From sequence record OR525698.1: 64,000 nucleotides of DNA; one strand, given 5' to 3'. A program made the translations under genes and the position numbers. How positions within the stretch are numbered: the stretch's first letter is position 1; each line of letters starts with the position of its first letter. The notes beneath the pieces were generated by a model. The model was given only the letters and a program-made list of their open reading frames with translations. It ran no database searches and was not told the DNA's origin. The DNA is from Escherichia phage vB-Eco-KMB43. Positions 17,776 through 25,856 of the stretch are shown in pieces.

Positions 17776-17978
17776 TTACATTTAGGGCAATGCGGTTCTT
17801 TAATATAATACCCGTCTGTCTTTGGAACACTAACAGGAGCGGTTTTTATATTGTATTCAGTGAAACAACGAAAACAAGTTACGTTTTCTACAGACTGACG
17901 TTTCACCCAATCACCGGAATATAGATCATTTTTATTTGTCATATTCAACCACCACAATGTTAATGTCTGGAGTAGCAA
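17748..17978 (-). CDS. small zinc-ribbon-like protein
   Basis: CFRCF ... CPKCKC cysteine pairs. Confidence 0.5.
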   Translation of the reverse strand: MLLQTLTLWWLNMTNKNDLYSGDWVKRQSVENVTCFRCFTEYNIKTAPVSVPKTDGYYIKEPHCPKCKCRLYWSHL

Positions 17979-18387
17979 TATTAATGATCTCTTCTACACA
18001 TTCCCACTCAAGGCCACCGATACCGCAACCGATTTTAGGAATATAGAAAGGCTGTATAGCACCTTCAAAAACATCATTGATAGTCTCAAATCCTTTCAGG
18101 ATAGCACCATATTCAGCATTTGGACCCGGTCGGAATTGGGTATAGAGATTCACCCCGCACCAGTTATAACCATTAACTTGATGCGTCCAGACACTAAACC
18201 CACCCAGCTTTTCTACCTTACCGCGAGAAGTTTGCTTGTCAATCTCTAACGCTTGCGGGAACTCTTTCGCGATCTTTGCAGCAATACCAGCGCCCATAGT
18301 ATGAAAACAATTACAACCATGAATTAAATGACCGTTTCCTTGTTTAAACAGGGCGATGAGATCGCCCTTTACAGTATCAATAATCAT
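17932..18387 (-). CDS. macrodomain protein (TARG1/DarG-like ADP-ribose hydrolase fold)
   Basis: GDLIAL...HGCNCFHTMGAGIAAKIAKEF matches the TARG1/OARD1-type macrodomain signature as recalled; 151 aa. Confidence 0.6.
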   Translation of the reverse strand: MIIDTVKGDLIALFKQGNGHLIHGCNCFHTMGAGIAAKIAKEFPQALEIDKQTSRGKVEKLGGFSVWTHQVNGYNWCGVNLYTQFRPGPNAEYGAILKGFETINDVFEGAIQPFYIPKIGCGIGGLEWECVEEIINIATPDINIVVVEYDK

Positions 18388-18402
18388 AATATAAACCTCT
18401 CA

Positions 18403-18762
18403 TTAGTCACGGGAAGACAACCCAGCCATAAAACGGCTTAACAGTGTGTCGCGATAAGCAAAGCATAATTGCTTATCAGGGGCAGTATCACAAAGGTTGC
18501 GTTTTGTTTTAGCAAAGCTGGCAATACTCAGATCCCATGCTCGATTTTTTCGTTTTTCGTCTCGACCTTGTTTGTATGCTTCGTCGAGTTCAAGTGCGAT
18601 AAAATCACTACACATGTTATCATCATCACAGAAAGTTTTAATGATCTTTTTGTTGATCTCAAATCCTTTGTATTCGAACTTTGGATAAGGGCGCTCATTA
18701 CTAGCAAGCGCACCAGCCGAGAACATCATAGCAATCATAGCAATTATTGTCAACTTTTTCAT
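18403..18762 (-). CDS. secreted Cys-containing small protein
   Basis: MKKLTIIAMIAMMFSAGALA signal peptide. Confidence 0.5.
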   Translation of the reverse strand: MKKLTIIAMIAMMFSAGALASNERPYPKFEYKGFEINKKIIKTFCDDDNMCSDFIALELDEAYKQGRDEKRKNRAWDLSIASFAKTKRNLCDTAPDKQLCFAYRDTLLSRFMAGLSSRD

Positions 18763-18769
18763 ATATTCC

Positions 18770-19360
18770 TCAATAGCGTTTAGTCTTAAGAATGCCTTTA
18801 CTCTTTAGATGGTTAGCCTTTTTTAGTACGTCATCAGCATAACCTAATCCGGCTTTATAGTTCCATCCAGCATTGTAAGAAGCTAGCGCGAGTCGGATAT
18901 TACCGTTTCGAACATCCAGCCAGTATGCTAACTCATCCATCGCGTAGAATGCAGAAACCTCGCGATTCATGATAAAGTTGATAGTCTGGCGATCACTCAT
19001 TTTAACACCGCGCTTTGCATTTTTCGCTTTCACCGTTTTAAGGTAATTTTGAAATAATCCATAAGCATGATGATTTTTCTTTGGTGCTAAGTTTGCACCC
19101 GCGCTTGATTCTTGCCATGCGATACCCGCCAGGATGTGACCTAAACCCTTTCCGTTATAGCGAATATTCGGATGGTCCTTTTTCAACTTACCGCTTTTCT
19201 CGAATTGCTCGCCGTATTGATAGGCGAAATGTAAATTATCTAGTTGGTGTGCTGTAAAGTTGTCTATCGGCGCTTTTTTGATCGGTGCGCTAGTCGATGC
19301 GTGTGTAGCACCAACGGCTAGTGACAGACTCAATACTATCGCTTTTAGAACTTTTAACAT
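18770..19360 (-). CDS. secreted lytic transglycosylase-like protein (SLT domain)
   Basis: Signal peptide, then AWQESS, GLFQ and YNAG motifs typical of family 1 lytic transglycosylases. Confidence 0.6.
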   Translation of the reverse strand: MLKVLKAIVLSLSLAVGATHASTSAPIKKAPIDNFTAHQLDNLHFAYQYGEQFEKSGKLKKDHPNIRYNGKGLGHILAGIAWQESSAGANLAPKKNHHAYGLFQNYLKTVKAKNAKRGVKMSDRQTINFIMNREVSAFYAMDELAYWLDVRNGNIRLALASYNAGWNYKAGLGYADDVLKKANHLKSKGILKTKRY

Positions 19361-19446
19361 TAATTTCTCCTGTTTGGCTTAACTTTCTGATTCCATAATA
19401 TAGCCCTATCACCAGAAAGTCAAGCATTATTTTTAACCAATTTCCA

Positions 19447-19941
19447 TTATTGGTCTACCTTCAAAACAACCGCCGACATTTTACCCGCCAGTCGTTTTGG
19501 ATTCTCTATAATCATTCGACAGCATAGACCGTGATACGGCTTGCCGTCTTCAATTAGGTCTACTGTCATCCCGATCCACATGTTACCGTCAGTAATTTCT
19601 AATCGATTAGGTCGGTCTTCCATTTTCAGGAAGTCGAAGATCTCCGGCAAACGAGTTTCTATCTTATTGAATAGTTCCATTGTCTTATGTTCATCGATAT
19701 GACGATCGGTTAGACGGTCGATCATATGCGGACTAAAGCGAATAAAAATATACTCACCATAACCATCATTCAAACACTTTTCTTTGATCTGCGCATTGGT
19801 TTTGCGCATTTCGGTTTCGAAGAATCTACGCAGCTTACTACGGCGAACATGTACGTTAATTGTTTCCATTTTATTATCCTTTCTTAAACAAATTGCGAAT
19901 CCAGTATACAAACGGGATTTCTTTAAACTTGAACTTGTCAA
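19447..19941 (-). CDS. hypothetical protein (probable CDS 19447..19869)
   Basis: Internal ATG at 19869 (METINVH) preceded by AGGA RBS. Confidence 0.5.
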   Translation of the reverse strand: MTSSSLKKSRLYTGFAICLRKDNKMETINVHVRRSKLRRFFETEMRKTNAQIKEKCLNDGYGEYIFIRFSPHMIDRLTDRHIDEHKTMELFNKIETRLPEIFDFLKMEDRPNRLEITDGNMWIGMTVDLIEDGKPYHGLCCRMIIENPKRLAGKMSAVVLKVDQ

Positions 19942-20269
19942 TAGTTAATTCTTTAGTAGCAAGATGAATACCATAAGCATCATGTGTAACTATATGCCAT
20001 TTTCTATAGTCCAAATGTGAACAACCGTCTGGATCTAGGTTAATAAGAGTTTCTCTCTCACTAGGATTATTTTTCCACAATTTTGTAATAGGATCGCACA
20101 TAATTCGACCTAGCGTACCATGAATAATCTCACAACGGTAAAGTTTTCCAGCAGTGAGATAGGCGCACCCGTCATAGTCGGTATAAACAAACACTTCTTT
20201 AACACTCATTTTAATACTCCTTTGTTGTTTCGATGGGGGTATATTACTACCCCCGATCATGTGTGTCAA
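19874..20269 (-). CDS. small hypothetical protein, GCSHL family (probable CDS 19874..20209)
   Basis: Track start lies in the promoter; ATG at 20209 with GGAGTATTAAA RBS; DPDGCSHLDYRKWHIV motif. Confidence 0.5.
   Translation of the reverse strand: MTHMIGGSNIPPSKQQRSIKMSVKEVFVYTDYDGCAYLTAGKLYRCEIIHGTLGRIMCDPITKLWKNNPSERETLINLDPDGCSHLDYRKWHIVTHDAYGIHLATKELTIDKFKFKEIPFVYWIRNLFKKG
20241..20269 (-). promoter_or_regulatory. early promoter (TTGACA -17- TAATAT) with GGGGGTA..TACCCCC inverted repeat
   Basis: tgtcaa at 20264-20269; inverted repeat 20235-20254. Confidence 0.6.
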
Positions 20270-20530
20270 CTACTTTTTCAAGATTTTTTTGATTGCATTC
20301 CAAAGACCTTTATTTCCAGGTTGTTTTGGTTCTTCGATCAGTGTCCATGTTCGACCGTCTAAGTGTGCACAATTTTTAAGACAAATAAAAATCTGGTGTC
20401 CCTTATCATCACGGATATAACCACTATTCGCAAATCTTTCATGTGGTGTATATTCATACAGTGTATTAGGTGTAATATACTTGCGGTTACTATAAGGTGT
20501 CATCACATACATCATGGTACTAACTCCCAA
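20270..20530 (-). CDS. small hypothetical protein, GCSHL family paralog
   Basis: CLKNCAHLDGRTWTLIEEP motif shared with neighbours. Confidence 0.5.
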   Translation of the reverse strand: MGVSTMMYVMTPYSNRKYITPNTLYEYTPHERFANSGYIRDDKGHQIFICLKNCAHLDGRTWTLIEEPKQPGNKGLWNAIKKILKK

Positions 20531-20706
20531 TTATCACCGCGAAGATGAGAACATCCACCATCAAGAAGGATCGTAATACGATAACCTATATCATCTTTGA
20601 TGTAACCGATTGTCGGTGGATTTTCGTAGTCTCGTGTCGGGGTAAAATCATACATCTTTCCTGGCGTAATATCTTGTCCTTTATTGCTATTGGTATAAAC
20701 TTTCAT
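20512..20706 (-). CDS. small hypothetical protein, GCSHL family paralog
   Basis: LLDGGCSHLRGDNWELVP motif. Confidence 0.5.
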   Translation of the reverse strand: MKVYTNSNKGQDITPGKMYDFTPTRDYENPPTIGYIKDDIGYRITILLDGGCSHLRGDNWELVP

Positions 20707-20727
20707 TTTCTTAATCTCCTATATTAA

Positions 20728-21426
20728 CTAACCACGGGTATAGTGTTCCAGAACAACTGTCAGATGAATATATTCTAATAAATCTTTCCAAAAGTCAACA
20801 TCTGGTTCTTCCGGCATACCGTTTTTCTTTGCCTCTTCACGAGCGAGTTTAACACGCTCGTAGAGATCTTTCAATTCTTCCCGCACATTATCAAAGGTTC
20901 TTTCTCCTAACTTACACGCTAAAATAGAAGAACGTCGCGCGAGCGGGAATTGTAGATCACCTGTCTGATAGATTTCAAGTAGCTGATAACCAACACGCAG
21001 AGCATGAGAAAGATCTTTCCAGTTACTGAAATACTTTTCAGATTTGGCTACCTGCTTTTTGAGATAGCCAGACAAACCCCACATACCAACATGATAGAAT
21101 TTATCTCGATGTGTTCGGATGTATTCCCATTCTCTGGAGGATTCAATCAACATGTTACTAGGAGCGTGCACCATGTCAATAGCGCCGATATCGCCTTTAC
21201 ATGCCAGATTGATAAACCGTTTTAGACTGAACATATTAACATCAATATCGTCTTTGGTGTTCTTGATACCTTGACCGCTAGTGCTTTGGTCATAGTGTTC
21301 TTTCATCGATCCTAAGATAATTTCTTTCGCAGTCGGAACAAAGATACCACGATAATCTTTATCGGAATTTTCAGTATCAAGGCCGTATAAGTGAGATCCG
21401 AAGACCATTTTAACCATTGTATGCAT
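20728..21426 (-). CDS. nucleotidyltransferase-fold protein (pol-beta/MNT-like GS...D.D motif) with C-terminal helical domain
   Basis: MVFGSHLYGLDTENSDKDYRGIFV fits the GS-x(9-13)-D-x-[DE] minimal nucleotidyltransferase signature. Confidence 0.55.
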   Translation of the reverse strand: MHTMVKMVFGSHLYGLDTENSDKDYRGIFVPTAKEIILGSMKEHYDQSTSGQGIKNTKDDIDVNMFSLKRFINLACKGDIGAIDMVHAPSNMLIESSREWEYIRTHRDKFYHVGMWGLSGYLKKQVAKSEKYFSNWKDLSHALRVGYQLLEIYQTGDLQFPLARRSSILACKLGERTFDNVREELKDLYERVKLAREEAKKNGMPEEPDVDFWKDLLEYIHLTVVLEHYTRG

Positions 21427-21470
21427 AATTAAACCCTCAGTTGATTAAGAGATTGCATCATATCATCATA

Positions 21471-21504
21471 AAACGAAAAAGCCAACCCTTTTCGGATTGG
21501 CTTG
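21471..21504 (-). terminator. rho-independent terminator after the grcA-like gene
   Basis: GCCAATCC-gaaaa-GGGTTGGC hairpin followed by a T-run on the minus strand. Confidence 0.65.
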
Positions 21505-21512
21505 ATGAAAAA

Positions 21513-21929
21513 TTAGAGAGATTCGGTAAAGGTACGAGCGATAACATCACGTTGCTGGTCTGGAGTCAGACTATTGAAGCGCACTGCGTAACCAGAAACG
21601 CGAATTGTAAGCTGCGGGTACTTCTCAGGATGTTCAACAGCGTCCAGCAACATTTCTCGTAACAATACGTTAACATTCAAATGCTGACCACCTTCGACAA
21701 CCGGAGCACCATTATCTACAATCACCGGACGGAAGCTAGTTGTGTGCAGTGCCAGCGAATCGACGTCTTCTGCGGTGATCACATGGTCTTCTGCGAAAGT
21801 TTTACTAACAATTACTTTAGCGCCGATCAGTGCTTTCGGTTCGGATACCAGAATCATAGGCGCGAAGTGTCCACCAATAATAGTACCTTTATGTTCACCT
21901 TTCATGATTTGAATTGCTTTAAATTCCAT
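21513..21929 (-). CDS. grcA: autonomous glycyl radical cofactor (GrcA/YfiD-like)
   Basis: C-terminal ~60 aa ([12 protein letters not shown]...[36 protein letters not shown]) near-identical to E. coli GrcA as recalled. Confidence 0.8.
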   Translation of the reverse strand: MEFKAIQIMKGEHKGTIIGGHFAPMILVSEPKALIGAKVIVSKTFAEDHVITAEDVDSLALHTTSFRPVIVDNGAPVVEGGQHLNVNVLLREMLLDAVEHPEKYPQLTIRVSGYAVRFNSLTPDQQRDVIARTFTESL

Positions 21930-21939
21930 AATTCACCTC

Positions 21940-22065
21940 TTATAGATCAGGACGTTCGTCATTAATTTTACCAACCAAAACACCATAGAGTTTATCAGGT
22001 TGGACTTTACGATTCTTATTGATTTTAGCACGGAATCGACGAGCTACGCTATCTTTATTTTTCAT
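21940..22065 (-). CDS. possible small basic protein (41 aa), not in the ORF track
   Basis: ATG overlaps upstream stop (TAATG); stop overlaps the grcA RBS; translation MKNKDSVARRFRAKINKNRK... Confidence 0.3.
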   Translation of the reverse strand: MKNKDSVARRFRAKINKNRKVQPDKLYGVLVGKINDERPDL

Positions 22066-22556
22066 TAGTTGATACCTAAGCCAATGAAAATAGGTTGGTC
22101 TTCTACATTACCCATCCCAACACTAAGTCGATTTACTTCTAAAAACTGCAATACGCTGTCAGTAAATCCGCGCATGGTAGTATCTAGGATAAAAATTGTT
22201 TTGTCAAGACTACGACCTCGCCATGTGATCGGATTCAGGAAAGTTCGGATCGACGTACAATCTACATTTGAAATATTTACATTTTCACCGCGACCGCGAT
22301 CTCGGATCGTTTTGGCATGTCCCCGCGTCGTTGAAACGATAAAGACACTATAGCCTTTTCTCGTATAATGGTCATATAACTTGATTGTAGCGTCTGTATG
22401 CCCTGTCTGACGGCCTAAATTGATTGAGACAATGGAATCTAGGTCATCAGCAAAATTGCGTCGCTTACGGCGTTCTATGATGCAATTTACGGCAGAAATA
22501 CACGCAGCATAAATCAAATCTTTACTTTCTAATTCTAAATCAATGTCAATATTCAT
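22065..22556 (-). CDS. hypothetical protein
   Basis: ORF track; preceded by GC hairpin 22577-22607. Confidence 0.5.
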   Translation of the reverse strand: MNIDIDLELESKDLIYAACISAVNCIIERRKRRNFADDLDSIVSINLGRQTGHTDATIKLYDHYTRKGYSVFIVSTTRGHAKTIRDRGRGENVNISNVDCTSIRTFLNPITWRGRSLDKTIFILDTTMRGFTDSVLQFLEVNRLSVGMGNVEDQPIFIGLGIN

Positions 22557-22618
22557 GGTAAAGTCTCCAGTGAACGGGGAGAGATCCTTAGATTGTCTCC
22601 CCGTTGATGGTTAATATT

Positions 22619-23194
22619 TTATTTTGGATCTGGGAAATTCAATAGAGCATATTCTCCATAAAATTTCCTAGCTGCATTATCATAAGCGATTGCAGCTTCG
22701 ATTTCTGTGTCATATTGTCCAAGAACATGTCTTTGTAGGTTGACCATTATACTAGCTCTCCATTTCTTACGCAAATCCTTCCTGTTACACTTACTAACAC
22801 CCTTATACACACTAGAAAACTTTTTAGACTTCTTCTTTCTATTATGTTGATTTTGCGCGTCGGTTGCCTCCCTAAGATTTGGAGGATTGTTATTAGCAGG
22901 ATTACCGTCAATATGATCAATTAATCTAACTTGCGTCCCATGTTCTAGAAACCAAACAACCCTATGCACGAATAAATGAACTCTAGGAAGACCGTCATCT
23001 CTACTATGCCAAAATCGAAGATGACCATCTTTATTTGTTCTGACTTTAACTAAATCGCCGTGTTTATATCTACTCCCTAATGGTCGTCCTTTGATAGCTT
23101 TACTATCGACTCTATAATATAAGATACCCTCTATATGAGCATATCTAAGTTTTATCTCGTTTTGTAGGGATTCATCCCAATATTTAAAAGCCAT
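22619..23194 (-). CDS. free-standing HNH homing endonuclease with AP2-like domain
   Basis: HNH core IDHIDGNPANNNPPNLREATDAQNQHN and AP2-type YKGVS...W.A.I segment. Confidence 0.75.
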   Translation of the reverse strand: MAFKYWDESLQNEIKLRYAHIEGILYYRVDSKAIKGRPLGSRYKHGDLVKVRTNKDGHLRFWHSRDDGLPRVHLFVHRVVWFLEHGTQVRLIDHIDGNPANNNPPNLREATDAQNQHNRKKKSKKFSSVYKGVSKCNRKDLRKKWRASIMVNLQRHVLGQYDTEIEAAIAYDNAARKFYGEYALLNFPDPK

Positions 23195-23239
23195 TTTATA
23201 ATCCTCACAAAGCCAGCGATTAAGCTGGCTTGATTTTAG

Positions 23240-23629
23240 TTATACCGGGTCTGGATATACCTTTTTATCGAGTTCCATATGCGGTCCGTCTTTAAAAGTA
23301 ACCCAATCAACACCGCAGATAACAGGAACACCCAATTCTCGACCAGCTTGTTTAAATGCATCCGCGATCATGCGGTAGTATTTCATGTTCCATGTATCCT
23401 TATCTTTCGGATACGCTACAACGTCAACCGCGAAACCGTGAAGATGACGAGATTTCATAGTCTTAGATTTACCTTCCGCAACATATTTCTTTTGCGTTTC
23501 TAGACTACGTACACCTTCCGTAATACCAAAATCGACCGGAGTCAGTTCTAACGCACGATGAACGACTTTTACCAGGTCAGGATGCACACCAACAAGCCGA
23601 TCTTTGCTTCTTTGAGATAATTTAAACAT
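23240..23629 (-). CDS. peptidase M15-like protein (VanY/L-Ala-D-Glu peptidase fold), candidate endolysin
   Basis: SRHLHGFAVDV and DWVTFKDGPHMEL resemble the H-x6-D...H zinc site of M15 peptidases; no signal peptide. Confidence 0.6.
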   Translation of the reverse strand: MFKLSQRSKDRLVGVHPDLVKVVHRALELTPVDFGITEGVRSLETQKKYVAEGKSKTMKSRHLHGFAVDVVAYPKDKDTWNMKYYRMIADAFKQAGRELGVPVICGVDWVTFKDGPHMELDKKVYPDPV

Positions 23630-23657
23630 TATTCACCCCCTTTGTGAGTGATAATAT

Positions 23658-23849
23658 TTAGATTCCGGCGATCCTGCATAGAGTTCTTGTATTAGCACCA
23701 ATAAGGATAGCATTAACGACAACCATTCCCCAATCAACCCACGGATTATTATAAATGCTAAATCCGTTTGCTAGGCCAAATACAAGCATTCCGGTACACA
23801 TACTCAGAGCAATAATCAACATCACGGTAAAACCAAATGCAAATCTCAT
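23658..23849 (-). CDS. tiny hydrophobic membrane protein
   Basis: ORF track; 2 predicted TM segments. Confidence 0.45.
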   Translation of the reverse strand: MRFAFGFTVMLIIALSMCTGMLVFGLANGFSIYNNPWVDWGMVVVNAILIGANTRTLCRIAGI

Positions 23850-23850
23850 A

Positions 23851-24117
23851 TTATTTTCCTTTTCTCTGTTTACGTTTATAAAAGTAATACATTACCTCAT
23901 CGCGTCCGGTGATCCAACATGCTAGGGCGGTAAACAGGTTTACAATTCCCAACACACCTACGGATGCGGCGCTGTCAACAGACATAGGAACAGTAAAGGC
24001 CATAGCTAACATAGCAACGCCACAAATGACATTAAGCACCATTATAATAAGACCGAAGAAAACCATTGTCAATCCTCCGACACAAGAAAACCAACAATCA
24101 CGCCAGTGATAAGACAT
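23851..24117 (-). CDS. small membrane protein
   Basis: ORF track; hydrophobic core, basic C-terminus. Confidence 0.45.
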   Translation of the reverse strand: MSYHWRDCWFSCVGGLTMVFFGLIIMVLNVICGVAMLAMAFTVPMSVDSAASVGVLGIVNLFTALACWITGRDEVMYYFYKRKQRKGK

Positions 24118-24260
24118 GATGCGCCGCTAATCAGACAACCCGCACCAAGTGATTCCCACCAGATCAGAGAAGCGACAATAACACAGAATCCCCACACTAC
24201 CGCAATCACAACATAGGCAAGGGTCGCCCAAAACATATATTTGTTCATAATAAATCCCAT
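24069..24260 (-). CDS. tiny hydrophobic membrane protein
   Basis: ORF track. Confidence 0.4.
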   Translation of the reverse strand: MGFIMNKYMFWATLAYVVIAVVWGFCVIVASLIWWESLGAGCLISGASCLITGVIVGFLVSED

Positions 24261-24433
24261 TCACCAAACAAATAAGAAAAAAGCCATATCAACAGAAACG
24301 AGGCAATTGATCCGACAAGCAAAATGATATTAGAGAATCCGCCGTCTATCCAGGCGACAAAACAGAATACACCAGTATAGAAGCATAAACCCATTACAAA
24401 ACATACTATAAGCAACCATAGACAAAACGCCAT
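24245..24433 (-). CDS. tiny hydrophobic membrane protein
   Basis: ORF track. Confidence 0.4.
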   Translation of the reverse strand: MAFCLWLLIVCFVMGLCFYTGVFCFVAWIDGGFSNIILLVGSIASFLLIWLFSYLFGEWDLL

Positions 24434-24656
24434 AGAAAGCCCTCCAGTGAGCTAATTTAGTGCGGGTAGTACATTACCCTACCCGTATTGTTAATCATCG
24501 CAGAGCTTCTTCTAGCGCGATCCCAAACCATCCACAAACAACGCCCATACAGACAGCTACAAGAAGATTCATTCTCTCTTTAGGGATCATTGCAATCATA
24601 ACAACAACCATACAGAAAGCCATTACCATTGAAGTTAACATTTGTTCAACCATTTA

Positions 24657-24995
24657 TCACACCTTTAAAGTCATAGACGCATAAACATTAATGCCAGGCC
24701 AGTTAGGATCGCAATTATACTCAACATCCCACAAATAAAGCGGTTTAGATGTATCAGCCAAGTTTTTAAAATCTTCTACCCACATTTCAAGGCTATATGA
24801 TGGATAAACTAGGCTATCATATCCGCCGTAACGTTGGCCTACTGGTCGGTCAGTAAAAACTACCTCAAGATCCGGTAATTCTTTTTCAAGGATAACCGCC
24901 AGCGCATAAATCAGACGGTCTTCCTTGTTACGCTGCCGAAGGACCGTTGTCAGTTGGTTTTTCTGGTTCACTAGCAAGCACCTCCACATTTTCAC
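24657..24995 (-). CDS. hypothetical protein
   Basis: ORF track; start uncertain (overlaps next ORF). Confidence 0.45.
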   Translation of the reverse strand: MKMWRCLLVNQKNQLTTVLRQRNKEDRLIYALAVILEKELPDLEVVFTDRPVGQRYGGYDSLVYPSYSLEMWVEDFKNLADTSKPLYLWDVEYNCDPNWPGINVYASMTLKV

Positions 24996-25248
24996 AGAAT
25001 GAAATTTTCACAGACACAATTTTACCATAAGTGAAGAATGAATATACATTATCGAGATATTCAACGTCACCTACAATCACATCAAACTGCGGATCAGCAA
25101 CCACCGCAACATATTCTACCAGTTCATCAAGAGAATGCAACTTAATTTCATCAATTCGGCTGTATTTGGTCGCATCTTTAATTTTAAAACCAAGTTCTTT
25201 CAGCTTGTCAATCAGAATTTCACGCGGAGTTTCAAACAGTTTGCTCAT
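24928..25248 (-). CDS. hypothetical protein
   Basis: ORF track; GAGGATTATATTATG RBS and start. Confidence 0.5.
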   Translation of the reverse strand: MSKLFETPREILIDKLKELGFKIKDATKYSRIDEIKLHSLDELVEYVAVVADPQFDVIVGDVEYLDNVYSFFTYGKIVSVKISFCENVEVLASEPEKPTDNGPSAA

Positions 25249-25269
25249 AATATAATCCTCACATTAAAT

Positions 25270-25470
25270 CTAAAATTTGTTAACGACGAATTGCATAATT
25301 AGACTAATCACAAACATTGCAAACCAAGTATAAATGCAACAGATAAAAGCTACATACAATTCAATCTGGTCAGAGAATACACCGGGTAAAAGCATTAGCA
25401 AAATAACAACAGTAAAGACGCTAGCGATACCCGCAACAAAACCAATATCATTTTTACTAATCGTCATCAA
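25270..25470 (-). CDS. tiny hydrophobic membrane protein
   Basis: ORF track. Confidence 0.45.
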   Translation of the reverse strand: MMTISKNDIGFVAGIASVFTVVILLMLLPGVFSDQIELYVAFICCIYTWFAMFVISLIMQFVVNKF

Positions 25471-25664
25471 GTCACCGTTTTGTAAAGAAACACAATAAAA
25501 TCCCAGACAAAAAAGACAGTGAAAATAATCATCGTCAAGACAATAAACACTGTCAGATTTTCATCGTTAGTTAATTCATGACCGTCCATCCATATAATCA
25601 CCAGATAAAACATCGAAATCAAGGAGGCGAATACCAAATTATAAAACTCTTCCTTTAATGACAT
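25467..25664 (-). CDS. tiny hydrophobic membrane protein
   Basis: ORF track; ATGA overlap with neighbour. Confidence 0.45.
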   Translation of the reverse strand: MSLKEEFYNLVFASLISMFYLVIIWMDGHELTNDENLTVFIVLTMIIFTVFFVWDFIVFLYKTVT

Positions 25665-25665
25665 A

Positions 25666-25848
25666 CTACACCTCGTCGCGGCTTAAGTCAACAGCAATTG
25701 CATACAGCATAATTAATATGCTAGCAGATCCGAGAATCAATGCACCCTCACATTTTGAAACTCGCTCATCAAAATGTAACATTATCCATCCGAGGATGTT
25801 AAAGGCGCAGACCGCGCCTATGTTCGCTAACCAATTAATCTTTTTCAT
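25666..25848 (-). CDS. tiny hydrophobic membrane protein
   Basis: ORF track. Confidence 0.45.
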   Translation of the reverse strand: MKKINWLANIGAVCAFNILGWIMLHFDERVSKCEGALILGSASILIMLYAIAVDLSRDEV

Positions 25849-25856
25849 AATATACC

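Noticed and set aside
6839-20269. ORF-track start codons for 1116-1343, 6839-7159, 11121-11495 and 19874-20269
   Set aside because: These track starts are TTG/GTG codons that fall inside the upstream promoter -35 element; internal ATGs with good RBS (1268, 7099, 11483, 20209) are more plausible starts.
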